Positions 36,773-46,897 of a DNA stretch of 64,000 bases are shown piece after piece. The notes beneath the pieces were generated by a model. It saw nothing but the letters and a program-made list of their open reading frames with translations, was not told the DNA's origin and searched no databases. Position numbers and translations under genes: made by a program. The stretch spans positions 63,311-127,310 of the forward strand of contig JAGCGA010000012.1 in assembly GCA_017649855.1 (NCBI GenBank), given 5' to 3'. Each line of letters starts with the position of its first letter. The stretch's first letter is position 1. This DNA comes from Bacteroidales bacterium. GTDB taxonomy: Bacteria > Bacteroidota > Bacteroidia > Bacteroidales > WCHB1-69.

Positions 36773-39229
36773 TTATTCTTTAACATAGATTCTCGGCACG
36801 CGGCTGGACAGGGCGGTGAGCAGCTCGTAGGGGATGCGCCCGACGCGGTTGGCGGCGTCTTGGGCGGTGTTGCCTTCACCATATACGATGACCTCATCGC
36901 CTTCGTGCACAGAGAGGCCGGTGACATCCAGCATGCACATGTCCATGCAGATTTTGCCCACCACGGGGACGAGATGCCCCTGTACCATCACGAATCCTTT
37001 TCCATTGCTGAAGTCGCGGGGGTATCCGTCTGCATAGCCGATCGGGATGATGGCCACCTGCATGTCGTGCTGCACGTGGAAACTGCGCCCGTAGCCAATG
37101 GTCTCGCCGGCTTTGACGGTCTTCACTTGCGTGACCAGCGTCTTGAGGGTGGCCACATTGTGCAGGTTGGCTTGTACGGACGGCATGTCGGAAAATCCGT
37201 ACAGCCCTATGCCCAAGCGGACCATGTCGAACTGAGCCTCGGGGAATCTGACGATGCCGGCGGAGTTGAGGATATGGCGGAGAAACGGGTATCCTAACCC
37301 TTGCCGTAGTTGGTCGGTCATGGTGGCGAACCGCTGGATCTGAAGCCTGGTGAACTCGTCTTCGGACGGGTCGTCCGCGACGGCGAGATGGGAGAAGACA
37401 GAGGCTACTTTCACTCGGGGGTTGTCGATCAGCAGCTGAGTCAGCCGGGGCAGGTCTTCGAGGTCAAAGCCCAGGCGGTGCATGCCGGTGTCCAGTTTGA
37501 GGTGGATGGGGAAGGTGGTGATCTCGGGGAAATCCGTCAGTACGTTCAGAAACTCTTGGAGGTAGTAGAAGTTGAAGATCTCAGGTTCCAGATGGTGTTG
37601 CACCATCACTTCAAAGCTGTGTGCCTCGGCGCCCAGCACGATGATGGGGGTTTGGATGTGGCGTTTGCGCAGGCGTACGCCCTCATCGGTGTAGGCAACA
37701 GCAAGGTAGTCTATCTTTTGATGGATGAGCTCGTTGATGATCTCAGCGTCTCCCAGTCCGTAAGAAAGGGCCTTGACCATGGCTACCATCTTGGTCTCGG
37801 GTCGGATGAGCGATCGATAGTAGTGGAGGTTGTGGGTGATGGCAGGCAGGCTGACATTGAGGGTGGTGAGATGGGTCTTGTGTAGCAGATGGTTGACGAT
37901 ATCTTCGAAGTGAAAACTGCGGGCTCCCTTGACCAATATCGCCTCATAGGCGAAGGAGTGCTCTGCCAGCCGAGCCAGAAAAGATGCGGTGTCGGGATAG
38001 AAATATTGCTGCCGGACATGAAACAGATGCTGGTGTTGGATGAACTCCTGGCCGATGGCTATCAGCTTGCCAATGTGGTGATGCTGTAACAGCTCATCTA
38101 TCTGGGAGAAGTCTTCCGGGAGGAGTCTTCCGGCCTGTTCGAAGTCGGAGATGATCAAGGTTTTGTCGGGCAGTTGCGTCTGGGTGTCCAGATAGTTGAG
38201 GGCCATGGCGAGGGAGGTCCGGTCCAAGCTATAGGTGTCGTCCAGGATGAGAGAGTGCTGTTTGCCCTCCTGGATGGCCATGCGCATGCGCACAGGGGAG
38301 ATCCATTGCAATCGTTCGTCAATGATAGAGGGCTCGTAGCCCAGGACCAGCATGGTGACGATCACATGGGTGGCATTCTCTATGGAGGCACTATCCACAA
38401 AAGGTATATGGTATGTGTGGTTGTGGATGGTCAGCGAGGTGGTGTTGGCCACATGTTGCTCCTCGGTGATGGGATAGGCTGCGGCACCATGGCCCCAGGA
38501 GATGAGCTCCAGATGGGCAAAGGCAGGTTCCGCCAAGACCTTTTTTATCAGCGGATTGTCATTGCTATATATTAAGGTGTGGGCATGGAGAAAGAGCTGG
38601 AGTTTCTCGCGCAGTTTTTGTTCGGTGTCATGGAAGAACTGGGCGTGGGCCATGCCGATGTTGGTCAGGATGCCGATGGTGGGGGCGATGATACTGGCGA
38701 TGCGGGCCATCTCGCCAGGTCTGGAAATGCCAGCCTCGAAGATGCCGAGGGTGTGCTCTTTGCGCATCTGCCAGACGGAAAGCGGGACCCCTAGCTGGGA
38801 GTTGTAGCTGTCAGGACTCTTCACTAGATGCCGGTCGGGTGACAGGGTGGTGGAGAGCCACTCTTTGACAATCGTCTTGCCATTGCTGCCGGTGATGCCG
38901 ATGACTGGGTAGGAGAATTGCTGCCGATGGGATCTGGCGATGGTCTGCAAAGCTACAATTGCGTCATCAACTTGCAGAAAATTTCCCTCTTTCAGCGAAG
39001 AAAAGTGCGACACGGGGGTGGTGACGATAAAGTTGCGCACCCCTTTTTGATACAACTCCGGGATGTAGCGATGGCCGTCATCGTGTGTGGTGCGGATGGC
39101 GAAGAAGAGCGTGCCGGCAGGATTTGAAATCTTCCTACTGTCAATGCAGAGGCCCGTTACGGCCTGGTCGGGCTGAGGCATTACCACCTGGATGGCGCGA
39201 ACCAGCGTTGATATTTTTGCGATTGTCAT
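36773..39229 (-). CDS. alr: Bifunctional MurF-like domain / alanine racemase
   Basis: N-terminal GITGSNGKTIVKEW, SYNSQLGVPLS. C-terminal MVKA.SYG.G, HLKLDTGMHRLG, RLGIGLYG, IGYADG, CMDM. Start set at ATG 39229. Confidence 0.94.
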   Translation of the reverse strand: MTIAKISTLVRAIQVVMPQPDQAVTGLCIDSRKISNPAGTLFFAIRTTHDDGHRYIPELYQKGVRNFIVTTPVSHFSSLKEGNFLQVDDAIVALQTIARSHRQQFSYPVIGITGSNGKTIVKEWLSTTLSPDRHLVKSPDSYNSQLGVPLSVWQMRKEHTLGIFEAGISRPGEMARIASIIAPTIGILTNIGMAHAQFFHDTEQKLREKLQLFLHAHTLIYSNDNPLIKKVLAEPAFAHLELISWGHGAAAYPITEEQHVANTTSLTIHNHTYHIPFVDSASIENATHVIVTMLVLGYEPSIIDERLQWISPVRMRMAIQEGKQHSLILDDTYSLDRTSLAMALNYLDTQTQLPDKTLIISDFEQAGRLLPEDFSQIDELLQHHHIGKLIAIGQEFIQHQHLFHVRQQYFYPDTASFLARLAEHSFAYEAILVKGARSFHFEDIVNHLLHKTHLTTLNVSLPAITHNLHYYRSLIRPETKMVAMVKALSYGLGDAEIINELIHQKIDYLAVAYTDEGVRLRKRHIQTPIIVLGAEAHSFEVMVQHHLEPEIFNFYYLQEFLNVLTDFPEITTFPIHLKLDTGMHRLGFDLEDLPRLTQLLIDNPRVKVASVFSHLAVADDPSEDEFTRLQIQRFATMTDQLRQGLGYPFLRHILNSAGIVRFPEAQFDMVRLGIGLYGFSDMPSVQANLHNVATLKTLVTQVKTVKAGETIGYGRSFHVQHDMQVAIIPIGYADGYPRDFSNGKGFVMVQGHLVPVVGKICMDMCMLDVTGLSVHEGDEVIVYGEGNTAQDAANRVGRIPYELLTALSSRVPRIYVKE

Positions 39230-39349
39230 ACCGGTAAAATAGAGGCTGCAAAGGTATAAAATATTTTTTTGATGCATTGTATTTTTTTATTGAGAAAAAA
39301 TTGTATTTTTGCCGTCCAAATTTCAAAGCAAATAAAAAACTATAAGAAT

Positions 39350-39616
39350 ATGAAAAAAGATATCCATCCTAAGGAGTATAGAACGGTGGTTTTCAAAGAC
39401 ATGTCAAATGATTACGCATTCCTGACCAAGTCCACCGTCAACACGAAAGATACCATTCAATGGGAAGACGGAAATGAATATCCCTTGGTAAAATTAGAGA
39501 TTTCCAACACCTCTCACCCCTTCTTCACCGGTAAGATGAAGCTGGTTGATACCGCAGGTCGTGTGGATAAATTCCGTAACAAATACGCCCGTCATTTGGA
39601 TGCTGGCAAAAAATAG
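39350..39616 (+). CDS. rpmE2: 50S ribosomal protein L31 type B
   Basis: [26 protein letters not shown], no Zn cysteines. A -7 box lies at 39304-39311. Confidence 0.97.
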   Translation: MKKDIHPKEYRTVVFKDMSNDYAFLTKSTVNTKDTIQWEDGNEYPLVKLEISNTSHPFFTGKMKLVDTAGRVDKFRNKYARHLDAGKK

Positions 39617-39643
39617 GAATTCCATAAGAATTTTATATCTTTG

Positions 39644-39683
39644 CTGACCTTTTTCCTGATTCGAAAAAGGTCAGTTTTTTTTT
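39644..39683 (+). terminator. Intrinsic terminator after rpmE2
   Basis: CTGACCTTTTTC-N7-GAAAAAGGTCAG followed by T9. Confidence 0.8.
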
Positions 39684-39698
39684 ATTAATAAGCGAATA

Positions 39699-42128
39699 AT
39701 GAAAGAGATATCGTTGCTAGATGAGATAATGAACAGTGAGGCGAACTTCATCCCGCTGTTCTCTTTGGAAGATGAGAAGAAGATCAGAGACGAGCAAGTG
39801 CCGGAGGATATAGCCATATTACCATTACGAAACACATTGCTTTTTCCGGGTATGGTGATCCCTATCAATGTGGGTCGCGCCAGATCCATACGCTTGGCGC
39901 AGGAATATGCTCATAGAAACGAGCCCATCGGTGTCGTGGCGCAACGGACCAATGAAGTGGATGAGCCCACTCTTGGAGATCTGTACCGCGTCGGCACGCT
40001 GGCCCATATCCTTAAATATATCTCCATGCCTGATGGCGGCGTGACTATCATCGTGCAGGGCATCAAGCAGTTCAATGTGGAGTCCTTGACACAGACAGAG
40101 CCCTACTATCGCTGTCGCGTCACTCCCTTCGAATCCAACGATTTCGACCATAAATTGCTGGATGATAAGAATTTCCAGGCTTTAATATCGTCTATTAAGG
40201 ATGTGGCTAACAAGATGGTGCATGTGAGTAACAACATGCCCCGTGAAGCCGCCTTTGCGTTAAAGAATATTGAGAGCCATGTTTTCCTGCTGAATTTCCT
40301 GGCGACCAACCTCTCCATTTCGCTGGATGAGAAACAAAAGTTGTTGGAAACCCCCGACATTCGGGTGCGTGCCTCACAGCTTCTTTCCTATCTTCATCGT
40401 GACCTGCAGATGTTGGAGTTGAAGAACCAGATACAGGATAAGTCCAGAAGGGAGATGGATAAGCAACAGCGCGAGTACTTCCTGAACCAGCAGATCAAGA
40501 CTATTCAGGAGGAGTTGGGCGGATCGCCAATGGAGAAGGACTACCAGTCGTTGGTGGAGCGTGCCAAGAAGAAAAAATGGGATGAGGAGACATCGGCTTT
40601 GTTCTATAAGGAACTGGACAAGCTGCAGCGCACCAACGTGATGGCTCCAGACTATGCCATCCAGTTGAACTATCTGGAGCTTTTTGTGGAGCTTCCTTGG
40701 AATGAATACAGCAAGGATAATTTTGACTTGGTGAAGGCACGTAAGATTCTGGATAAGGACCACTACGGCTTATACAAGGTCAAAGACCGTATCTTGGAAC
40801 ACTTGGCTGTTTTGTCGATGCGGAAGGATATGCGTGCGCCGATCCTCTGTCTTGTCGGACCTCCGGGTGTGGGTAAGACCTCCTTGGGCCGGTCCATTGC
40901 CAATGCCATCGGTCGTAAGTACGTCCGCATCTCCTTGGGTGGCTTGCGTGATGAATCCGAGATCCGCGGTCACCGTAAGACTTACATTGGTGCCATGCCG
41001 GGCCGGATCGTGCAGAATCTCCGGAAGGCTGGTTATGCCAACCCGGTGTTTGTGTTGGATGAGATTGACAAAGTGATTGGTGCGAATGTGCAGGGTGACC
41101 CCTCGGCTGCCCTCTTGGAGGTGATGGATCCCGAACAGAACAGCACCTTCTACGACAACTATCTGGAGACCTCCTTCGACTTGTCAAAGGTGCTCTTCAT
41201 TGCAACTGCCAACTCTCTGAGCAACATACACCCAGCCTTGTTGGACCGTATGGAAATCATTGAACTCTCAGGCTATGTGGCAGAGGAAAAACTTCAGATA
41301 GCCATGCATCACCTGATTCCCAAACAGCTGAAGGAACACGGCTTGAACAAACGTCAGTTGCAGATTCCAGCCAAAACGGTCCAAGAGATCATCAATTCCT
41401 ATACTCGTGAGGCCGGTGTGCGTAATCTGGAACGCAACATTGCGAAGGTGATCCGCAAGCATACCGTGGAGATAGTGAAGAAAACGCCTGATTTGAAGAG
41501 GACCATTGACGTGTCAGATCTCAAGGAGTTACTGGGAGCTCCGGTTTTCCAATCCGACAAGAAGATCGAACATGCGGTCCCCGGAGTGGCCACTGGGCTT
41601 GCTTGGACTGCCGTGGGCGGCGAGATCCTCTTTGTGGAGGCGATCACCAGCCCGGGCAAGGAGGGAATGACGATGACAGGTCAGTTGGGAGATGTGATGA
41701 AAGAGTCGGCCACGATAGCCTACGAGTATCTGAAAGCCCATGCTGCGGAATATGCCATCGATGTCAAGACATTTGAGCAGAATAAAGTGCATATTCATGT
41801 GCCCGAGGGTGCCACTCCCAAAGATGGCCCTTCCGCGGGTGTGACGATTTTGACGGCTCTGATATCCGCCTTCACGAAGAAGCTGGTGCGGAGCGATGTG
41901 GCTATGACGGGTGAGATTACCTTGCGGGGACAGATTCTCCCGGTGGGAGGTATCAAAGATAAGATCCTGGCGGCCAAGCGTCAACAGATATTCCACATTG
42001 TCTTGCCTGAGGAAAACAAGAAAGATGTGGAAGAGATAGAGGATATCTATATCTCTGACATGCATTTTCACTATTTCTCATCGATGAAAGAGGCTGTTTC
42101 GTTTAATTTTAAAGGTCAATTCAACTAA
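39699..42128 (+). CDS. lon: ATP-dependent Lon protease
   Basis: [50 protein letters not shown]. Confidence 0.98.
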   Translation: MKEISLLDEIMNSEANFIPLFSLEDEKKIRDEQVPEDIAILPLRNTLLFPGMVIPINVGRARSIRLAQEYAHRNEPIGVVAQRTNEVDEPTLGDLYRVGTLAHILKYISMPDGGVTIIVQGIKQFNVESLTQTEPYYRCRVTPFESNDFDHKLLDDKNFQALISSIKDVANKMVHVSNNMPREAAFALKNIESHVFLLNFLATNLSISLDEKQKLLETPDIRVRASQLLSYLHRDLQMLELKNQIQDKSRREMDKQQREYFLNQQIKTIQEELGGSPMEKDYQSLVERAKKKKWDEETSALFYKELDKLQRTNVMAPDYAIQLNYLELFVELPWNEYSKDNFDLVKARKILDKDHYGLYKVKDRILEHLAVLSMRKDMRAPILCLVGPPGVGKTSLGRSIANAIGRKYVRISLGGLRDESEIRGHRKTYIGAMPGRIVQNLRKAGYANPVFVLDEIDKVIGANVQGDPSAALLEVMDPEQNSTFYDNYLETSFDLSKVLFIATANSLSNIHPALLDRMEIIELSGYVAEEKLQIAMHHLIPKQLKEHGLNKRQLQIPAKTVQEIINSYTREAGVRNLERNIAKVIRKHTVEIVKKTPDLKRTIDVSDLKELLGAPVFQSDKKIEHAVPGVATGLAWTAVGGEILFVEAITSPGKEGMTMTGQLGDVMKESATIAYEYLKAHAAEYAIDVKTFEQNKVHIHVPEGATPKDGPSAGVTILTALISAFTKKLVRSDVAMTGEITLRGQILPVGGIKDKILAAKRQQIFHIVLPEENKKDVEEIEDIYISDMHFHYFSSMKEAVSFNFKGQFN

Positions 42129-43222
42129 TGGATAATACGTTTAAGTCAGCATTGGAGGAGCGTCCGGGAGTAGACCAGCCGGTGTCTGTAAATCCTAATC
42201 TGGTCAGAAAGAAGCGGCAGGAGTTGTCGGTTGGCGACTATGTGGCGGGGATTGTGCGTGGCGATTGGATGGTGCTGAGTCGGGCTATCACCATGATAGA
42301 GAGTTCCAAGCCGGAGCATCTGCATACGGCGCAGTTGATCATAGAACGTTGTCTGCCCCATTCCGGTCGTTCCTTGCGCATAGGCATTACCGGCGTCCCG
42401 GGAGTGGGGAAGAGTACTTTTATCGAGGCTTTTGGGAATCTGCTCACCCAGGAAGGACACAAGGTCGCTGTGTTGGCCATTGACCCCAGCAGTGAACGTA
42501 CTAAAGGCAGTATTCTAGGCGATAAAACCCGTATGGAGAGTCTGTCGGTCAACCCAAAAGCCTTCATCCGCCCTTCTCCGTCGGGTAGCACTTTAGGGGG
42601 TGTGGCTCGGAAAACCCGAGAATCCATTATCCTCTGCGAGGCGGCTGGCTATGATGTTATCATCGTGGAGACCGTTGGCGTGGGACAGTCCGAGACAGCT
42701 GTTAAGTCTATGGTGGACTTTTTTCTGCTTCTCATGTTGGCCGGGGCGGGGGATGAACTGCAGGGCATTAAAAGAGGCATTATGGAGATGGCTGATGCGC
42801 TGATCATCAACAAGGCCGATGGCGACAACAAACAGAAGGCTTTCCAAGCCCAATCCCAGTACCGGGCGGCCTTGAAGCTATTTCCTCAGACGGATAGCCA
42901 ATGGACTGTGCCAGTGGAGGTATGTTCCGCCCTGGAGAACTTCGCCATCGACAAGGTCTGGGAGATGATCCGGCAGTACGAAGATCATACGAAAGCCAAT
43001 GGTTACTTTGAGAAAAACAGATCTGAACAGTTGGTGAATATCTTCCATAATTGGATTCAGTTTACCCTGCAGCATAATTTTTACAATCAGCCTCAGACAG
43101 AAGAGGAGATTGAACGCCTTTTGCCTATGATTCGCAACAAGGTGATTTCTCCGTATATGGCGGCTACCCGTTTGATTGAACAGGTGAGTCCTATCAAGGC
43201 TGAAGAATGTCATCTGAAATAG
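42128..43222 (+). CDS. meaB: Methylmalonyl-CoA mutase-associated GTPase MeaB/ArgK
   Basis: GITGVPGVGKST, AIDPSS...GSILGDKTRM, ETVGVGQSE, GDELQGIKRGIME, NKAD. Confidence 0.95.
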   Translation: MDNTFKSALEERPGVDQPVSVNPNLVRKKRQELSVGDYVAGIVRGDWMVLSRAITMIESSKPEHLHTAQLIIERCLPHSGRSLRIGITGVPGVGKSTFIEAFGNLLTQEGHKVAVLAIDPSSERTKGSILGDKTRMESLSVNPKAFIRPSPSGSTLGGVARKTRESIILCEAAGYDVIIVETVGVGQSETAVKSMVDFFLLLMLAGAGDELQGIKRGIMEMADALIINKADGDNKQKAFQAQSQYRAALKLFPQTDSQWTVPVEVCSALENFAIDKVWEMIRQYEDHTKANGYFEKNRSEQLVNIFHNWIQFTLQHNFYNQPQTEEEIERLLPMIRNKVISPYMAATRLIEQVSPIKAEECHLK

Positions 43223-46013
43223 CACATCCAGATATGTTCCCGGCATGGTCTCGACTTTTTACGATGACCTTGCAAGATGTACTTTGCCAAGGCACTTGGG
43301 TGCCTGGCGCGGTCTGCGTCAGGGTGGTGGTGTGCCAAATGTCTTTCTGACAGGTGCTTAGTCTGCTGATGACATATAGTGTGTACTGGTAGTCGGCCAA
43401 TCCGGACTCCTGATCCACTACGTCCTCCCAACAAAAGCTGATGGGGATGCCATCCACTCGACTGTTGTTAGAATACACTTTCCATCCCATGATGCGGAGG
43501 GGCACAGGGGGCGGGGTGTAGTCAACTTTTACTAGGCATTCAGCTAATTCAGAAAAATGCAGTGTGCTGTCCAGCACCAAGGACTTCACCTTGCAGCGTG
43601 CCTCGCCAAGGTGCGCCTGCGTGCGTAAGATGCAGGTGTCGGAAGGGCCTACCGAGATTCCGGTGGTTTCCTCCCTCCCTGCATATACGCGCAAGTTGTC
43701 CAAGGTGATGGGCGTCTCGCATTCGAAGCCTATCGCGACCTCAGAATGGTCTGTTCCGCAAGTGTCGGCCGCAAGATCCCATACCAGACTGTTGTGACGG
43801 AACAGTAATATCCGGTTTTGTTCCCTGTCCCAAAGAATACGATACAGATAGCTTGTGTTGTCGGAATAATAGAGCGGTCTCCCGCTGTCAATCAAAGAAG
43901 CGACACCGCCGTAAATCTTATAGAGCGATGCGGAGTGATGCATCTTGTCGAACCTGATTTCATATCCGTGTTTTGGCTTCAGTGCGCTGTCGTATTGCAT
44001 GTGAAAGAAGAAAGAACAACGGTCTCCTGTATTCATGTTTAGGTGGAAGTCATAAAGAAAATAGGGTGAAGAGCTGTCGTGGTGTCTTGCCCAGATTCTT
44101 CGCTTGTCTCCTTGCTGGGAGGTGCAAGTGAGTTTGTGGTTGACAATGTGCCATTGGCTGTCGTGTTGCCAAATGTCGGGGTCCAGAGCATTGTCAAAGT
44201 TGTCGCAGAGGAAGCCGTGGTGAGGATTGCTTTGCCATCCGAAGGTGTCTTGTTCCATGACCTGCCACAGTCGGTAGAGAATACCGGAGTCATCTGTGTC
44301 TTCAAAGGCTAGAGTGAAATTGCCGGTTATCCAAGTTGTATCGTTGTGAAGAATGTGGGTGACGGGTGCGGAAGTGTCGGCTGTGCTAGGCGTTGTTGAC
44401 GAGGTGGGAAAACATTCCCATGTTGCCTGCCATCCGGACAGGTTGGTGGCGCAGTCGGACCGGAACTCTGCCAGTAGTGCGTCTCCCGTGCTGACTATCC
44501 GTCCAGGAGAGGTGGTGTTCCATCGTCCCAATCGTGGGGCTTGAGTGTTGTCTCCACCATAGAGCCACAAGAAGTCGTAGTTGGGCTCGAGTTCAAAAAG
44601 GGTGAAGTTTAGCGCTATGCTGTCTGCACCTGTATGTCGGATCAGAAAGTACCGATGCTCTGTCGACTGGTAGCTGCTACCGGGCCCACCTGAGTCATAA
44701 AAACTGCCCGTGGTGGAGGTGTCGGTGACGATGGGTGTCTGAATGTTCAATAGATGGTAATAACGATTCCAATCCCAGAAAGGACCAGGGTCGGTGTGTG
44801 TCTGGCTGGGATAGTGCTGGTGCCCCCGGATCTGGGTGCAGGCATTGGAGCCTCCTAGATTGTGCACGCCAAGGTTTAGGATGGTCCCATCATCCAAGGT
44901 GTCCCGATAAAAGGTTCGTCGGGTGTCGATGGAGGGACGCCGAAGGCAGATGTTGCGGACCAGCTTGGCGGAAGCCTGGTACATGGTGTCTGTGAAGAAG
45001 CTGGCAATATTCCCGTAAGCCTCGTGCTCCACCCCGATGGTGTAGCCGTTGGCAACACCCACATGCCAAGCCTTGTCCTGCTCTCGTACCATTTGGGCTA
45101 TCTGGCCATCGGATGACCGGATAACATAATGCGCTGAGGCATTGGCACTGCAGTTTTGAAACCATGCTAATGTGCCAGCGTAGGTTCCTTGTGTATAATG
45201 GATGGTCACTCCTGTGATGGCCACTCCATTTCTGCCGGAGGTGTAATTGCACGAGGCAGCGGGAAACCATGTGGCTCCGTTGTAATCCACATTCGCATGA
45301 GTGCCTTTCCCAAAGTCTGGCAGTTGAATGCGGTCTTGGCGGAGTCGCTCCCAGTCTTCACCAAAGAGTCTTCCGAAGTCTACTTTCCAATGATGATGCG
45401 TGAAAGCCACCATGGCAGTGTCAGAGAGAAAGCGGTAGGTCTCATAAAGGGAGCTGTTCATGGGGTAGTTTTGACTCCACGAATCCGGGTTTGGATCATA
45501 GGGTAGTTCTGAGAGCTCTATGAGGATGGTTTTATAGTCCTCTATGCGGTTGCTGTAGCAAGAATCTCTTTTTTGCAGCGTTGCAAAAGCTTCCGCATAG
45601 GCCAAGACGGCGATTCGGGGACTCCGTAAAATTTCTGTTGCCGGATAGGAGGATAGCTCCTCAACGCGAGACAGGCTCTCTCGGAAGACTCCTTTCCCAT
45701 CTGCTGTCAGCCCCATGACGGTGTGATTCTGAGGGATGGTATGCCCGTCCCCATCTTCATATTCGGGCTCCAAGAGCGAAAATCTCCGGTATTGAAAGGA
45801 TATGGCTTCCAGCACTCCCCTCGGCAGGTCTGGATGAAGCCGATAGGCTTCCTCAAAGAAAGGTTCTACTTTCTGATAGTCCTCCCATAAGGAGGCCTCT
45901 ACCATGGTGTTTCCTGACTTCTTCTCTTGGGCTATGATATCTGTCAGGCCGCCTGGCGTGATGAGTAGTGTCAGAAAGAGCAGTTTAGTCGAGATTGCAG
46001 GAGCGTTTTTCAT
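43194..46013 (-). CDS. Secreted N-acetylmuramoyl-L-alanine amidase (Amidase_2) with CUB and FN3-like accessory domains
   Basis: Signal peptide, IHYTQG, ASAHY, AWHVG, GVEHE, GHQH, HTDPG, CUB unit (FYDSGG...ELEPNYD...FRSD...GW), terminal W...DQESGL..Y FN3-like unit. Confidence 0.88.
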   Translation of the reverse strand: MKNAPAISTKLLFLTLLITPGGLTDIIAQEKKSGNTMVEASLWEDYQKVEPFFEEAYRLHPDLPRGVLEAISFQYRRFSLLEPEYEDGDGHTIPQNHTVMGLTADGKGVFRESLSRVEELSSYPATEILRSPRIAVLAYAEAFATLQKRDSCYSNRIEDYKTILIELSELPYDPNPDSWSQNYPMNSSLYETYRFLSDTAMVAFTHHHWKVDFGRLFGEDWERLRQDRIQLPDFGKGTHANVDYNGATWFPAASCNYTSGRNGVAITGVTIHYTQGTYAGTLAWFQNCSANASAHYVIRSSDGQIAQMVREQDKAWHVGVANGYTIGVEHEAYGNIASFFTDTMYQASAKLVRNICLRRPSIDTRRTFYRDTLDDGTILNLGVHNLGGSNACTQIRGHQHYPSQTHTDPGPFWDWNRYYHLLNIQTPIVTDTSTTGSFYDSGGPGSSYQSTEHRYFLIRHTGADSIALNFTLFELEPNYDFLWLYGGDNTQAPRLGRWNTTSPGRIVSTGDALLAEFRSDCATNLSGWQATWECFPTSSTTPSTADTSAPVTHILHNDTTWITGNFTLAFEDTDDSGILYRLWQVMEQDTFGWQSNPHHGFLCDNFDNALDPDIWQHDSQWHIVNHKLTCTSQQGDKRRIWARHHDSSSPYFLYDFHLNMNTGDRCSFFFHMQYDSALKPKHGYEIRFDKMHHSASLYKIYGGVASLIDSGRPLYYSDNTSYLYRILWDREQNRILLFRHNSLVWDLAADTCGTDHSEVAIGFECETPITLDNLRVYAGREETTGISVGPSDTCILRTQAHLGEARCKVKSLVLDSTLHFSELAECLVKVDYTPPPVPLRIMGWKVYSNNSRVDGIPISFCWEDVVDQESGLADYQYTLYVISRLSTCQKDIWHTTTLTQTAPGTQVPWQSTSCKVIVKSRDHAGNISGCAISDDILQP

Positions 46014-46276
46014 AGTAGTCAGAGTTCGTTCTTCTTAGGGGCAAATATATAATGAAATATAGCGCTTGTCAATACTTGTTGAAAAATATTTTATTTTTAG
46101 TTAAGTATATATTAATCAATGTGTATATTTGACAAAATTAAGGATTGATTGTTAAACATATGGCATGGAAAAGGGCCGAAGGGCGTGTGAGTGGATGAAT
46201 TTTGGAAATAATTCCGCAAGAAAGGGCGGGTTTAGTTGTTTTTTTATGTAAGTTTGCGCCATCAAAAATCATCCGT

Positions 46277-46897
46277 ATGTTAGTAGTAGGTATAGCAGGA
46301 GGTTCCGGATCTGGAAAGACCTCCATCGTGAATAAAATCATAGAAAAGTTCCCGCAAGATTGCGTCAGTGTTCTTTCGCAAGACTCTTATTATAAGGATA
46401 ATGGAAGTCTTACCCAGGAAGAAAAGGAAAATTTCAACTTTGACCATCCCTCAGCCATTGAGTTTTCGTTGTTAAACAACCATATTCAGGCTTTGAAGGC
46501 TGGTCATACGATACAGATGCCTACTTACTCATACGTTACATGTGCGCGTGGGGAGGAGACTATCCCGGTAAAGCCGAGCAGCGTATTGATTGTGGAAGGT
46601 ATTTTGATATTCACCAATCAGGCCCTATGTGAATTGTTGGATTTGAAGGTTTTTGTGGATACGGATGCTGACGAGCGTTTGATTCGCATCATCCAGCGTG
46701 ATGTGCAACAACGCGGCCGTGGGTTGGACAAATCCATCCGGCATTACAAACATTTCGTAAAGCCAATGCACGAATTGTTCATTGAGCCTACCAAGCGTCA
46801 TGCAGACATCATCATTCCGATTGGTGGTGAAAATGAGAAAGGTATTGACATCCTGACGACCAAGATTCAGCATGTCATTGAGAAAAGCATGCGCTAA
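46277..46897 (+). CDS. udk: Uridine kinase
   Basis: GIAGGSGSGKTS, QDSYYKD, NFDHP, VEGIL, RDVQQRGR, FIEPTKRHADIIIP. A -7 box TAAGTTTG lies at 46249-46256; start set at ATG 46277. Confidence 0.96.
   Translation: MLVVGIAGGSGSGKTSIVNKIIEKFPQDCVSVLSQDSYYKDNGSLTQEEKENFNFDHPSAIEFSLLNNHIQALKAGHTIQMPTYSYVTCARGEETIPVKPSSVLIVEGILIFTNQALCELLDLKVFVDTDADERLIRIIQRDVQQRGRGLDKSIRHYKHFVKPMHELFIEPTKRHADIIIPIGGENEKGIDILTTKIQHVIEKSMR

Noticed and set aside
36773-39229. MurF-Alr fusion plus separate murF as a novelty
   Set aside because: This is a common arrangement in Bacteroidota.
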